The notes beneath the pieces were generated by a model. That model worked only from the letters and a program-made list of their open reading frames with translations, was not told where the DNA came from and did no database searches. From Mycolicibacterium mageritense (GTDB taxonomy: Bacteria > Actinomycetota > Actinomycetes > Mycobacteriales > Mycobacteriaceae), in the NCBI RefSeq assembly GCF_010727475.1, contig NZ_AP022567.1:2481910-2513909 (forward strand): a stretch of DNA of 32,000 bases. Reading direction: 5' to 3'. This document shows, one piece after another, positions 30,685 to 32,000 of the stretch. The translations under genes were made by a program, and so were the position numbers. How positions within the stretch are numbered: the stretch's first letter is position 1; the number at the start of each line of letters is the position of its first letter.

Positions 30685-32000
30685 GTGGGCATTGAGATCC
30701 CCCCCGGTTTGCAATGGGTTTCGTACCTCACCGGCTCGGAATGGCCGCAGGGCGACGAAACGGCCATGCGCCGCATTGGCGACTACTGGCGCGACGCGGC
30801 CAGTGACCTGTCCGACCTGATACCCGACCTGAACCGGGTGCGCTCGGAAACCATGTCGGTGCTGATGGGCGAAACCGCCGACGCGGCCGAAGAGCAATTC
30901 GCCATGCTGTTCGACGGTGACTATTCGGTCGACAAACTCTCACAGGCGATGTCCGCCCTGGGTGATCTGGCCGACGGGGCCGGCACGGAGATCGAATACA
31001 CCAAGCTGCAGATCATCACGTCGTTGGCCATCGCCGCGGCGGAGATCGCCTGGGCGCTCGCCGCGGCGCCGGAGACTTTCGGCGGCTCACTGAGCCTCAT
31101 ACCGCCGGCCGAGGCCGCGACCATCATGACGGTGCGCCAGCTGGTGATGATGCTGTTGCGCCAACTGCTCCGAAAACTCGGCGAGGCCATGACCAAAACC
31201 ATGGTCCGCCGACTACTCAGGGAGGCCGCGCAGGAAATCGCCATCGGCCTCGGCCAGGAGCTGGCGATCCAAGGCTTCCAGGTCGCGCAGGGCAACCGAG
31301 ACGGAATCGACTGGAAGCAAGCTGGAATCGTCATCGCCGCTTCCGGAATCGGTGGGGCGGTCGGGTCGCCCGTGGGCGAGGGCCTGACCCGCGCCATGGG
31401 CCGGTCGGACAACCCAGTGACCAATGCTCTCAAGGGTGCCTTGAGTGGCTACGGGGCGGGTATTGCCGGCAACGTCGCCGGAACGCTCGGAACGGGCGGC
31501 GATCTGGATGCCGTCTCCATCTTCGGCGGTGCGGCCAGCAGCGCAGCGACCGGCGGTGTGCACGGCGCCAAGAGTGGCTCCCACGGTAATTCAAACAATG
31601 GCAACGGCAGACCGGACACGGGCTCGCCGGGGCGTCCTGACATCAACGGCGCCAACGGTTCCCGCCCGAACGGCGAAACGGGCAACAACGGGCAACAGAC
31701 CCACAACGGCAACGACCATCAATCGTCAAGCAACACTTCGACTTCTACCTCGCATTCCTCGTCGGACACCAACAGTCATGCCGGAGTGTCGCAGTCGCAA
31801 GACACCTCCGCCGGCTCGCCCGCCACGAGCACCTCACAGGATCCGGTATCGCACACCGCTCCCTCCTCTTCGACGTCCACCAACGGGGACGGTGGCTCGC
31901 ACAGTGCGTCCGCCACGCACAGTGGTGACAGCGGACCTTCCGGGCCGTCGGAGACCAGCCACGCCCCGGCCGGACAGGACGGCAGCTCGGCCCAGCACGA
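30685..32000 (+). CDS. Large T7SS-substrate / polymorphic-toxin-type protein, 5' part only (runs off window)
   Basis: Not in the supplied ORF track. GTG 30685 with AAGGGGA 7 nt upstream. I read 438 codons to nt 31998 without a stop. N-terminal helical domain VGIEIPPGLQWVSYLTGSEWPQGDETAMRRIGDYWRDAASDLSDLIPDLNRVRSET...AEEQFAMLFDGDYSVDKL. Hydrophobic and Gly-rich segments (LQIITSLAIAAAEIAWALAAA; GIVIAASGIGGAVGSPVG). The sequence then turns N/G/S/T/H-rich and low-complexity up to the edge. Confidence 0.75.
   Translation, partial: MGIEIPPGLQWVSYLTGSEWPQGDETAMRRIGDYWRDAASDLSDLIPDLNRVRSETMSVLMGETADAAEEQFAMLFDGDYSVDKLSQAMSALGDLADGAGTEIEYTKLQIITSLAIAAAEIAWALAAAPETFGGSLSLIPPAEAATIMTVRQLVMMLLRQLLRKLGEAMTKTMVRRLLREAAQEIAIGLGQELAIQGFQVAQGNRDGIDWKQAGIVIAASGIGGAVGSPVGEGLTRAMGRSDNPVTNALKGALSGYGAGIAGNVAGTLGTGGDLDAVSIFGGAASSAATGGVHGAKSGSHGNSNNGNGRPDTGSPGRPDINGANGSRPNGETGNNGQQTHNGNDHQSSSNTSTSTSHSSSDTNSHAGVSQSQDTSAGSPATSTSQDPVSHTAPSSSTSTNGDGGSHSASATHSGDSGPSGPSETSHAPAGQDGSSAQH

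Overview
High-GC actinobacterial chromosome, clearly Mycobacteriaceae. Left third (1-9922): the oriC-proximal block known from M. tuberculosis Rv0009-Rv0006, in inverted orientation (ppiA, cwsA, tRNA-Ala, tRNA-Ile, DUF3566 membrane protein, gyrA). Between cwsA and tRNA-Ala lies a small accessory insert: a frameshifted SRPBCC gene, a lipoprotein with three 108-bp tandem repeats, and a TetR / FAD-monooxygenase / DinB module. gyrA carries a 421-codon LAGLIDADG intein at the catalytic Tyr. gyrB is not upstream of gyrA. From 10109 onward there is instead a type VII secretion (ESX) accessory island. It holds eccA translationally coupled to an EspI-like ParA/MinD ATPase (minus strand). Divergent from these is a plus-strand array: two YbaB/EspL-like proteins, four small+large helical substrate pairs (including PE/PPE-like and EsxB/EsxA-like), two EspG-like chaperones and a KAS III (FabH)-like thiolase-fold enzyme with a non-canonical triad. 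No EccB/C/D/E or mycosin gene is visible anywhere in the window. To the right lie a Mu/Tn552/TniAB-type transposon with three phased 20-bp repeats, a minus-strand operon of single-pass membrane proteins whose first gene is split by an IS630-family element (ends, TA duplication and CTAG target resolved), and a second YbaB-like / EspC-WXG-like / large-protein module. The large ORF of that module (30685 to the window end) is absent from the supplied ORF track and looks like a T7SS-exported polymorphic-toxin-type protein. The most interesting candidates are the core-less, substrate-rich ESX island with its embedded KAS III-like + EspG-like pair, and the duplicated YbaB/small-helical/large-protein modules. 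All functional calls rest on motif and colinearity recognition by eye, with no database search. Three frame breaks sit at short homopolymers and could be assembly errors.
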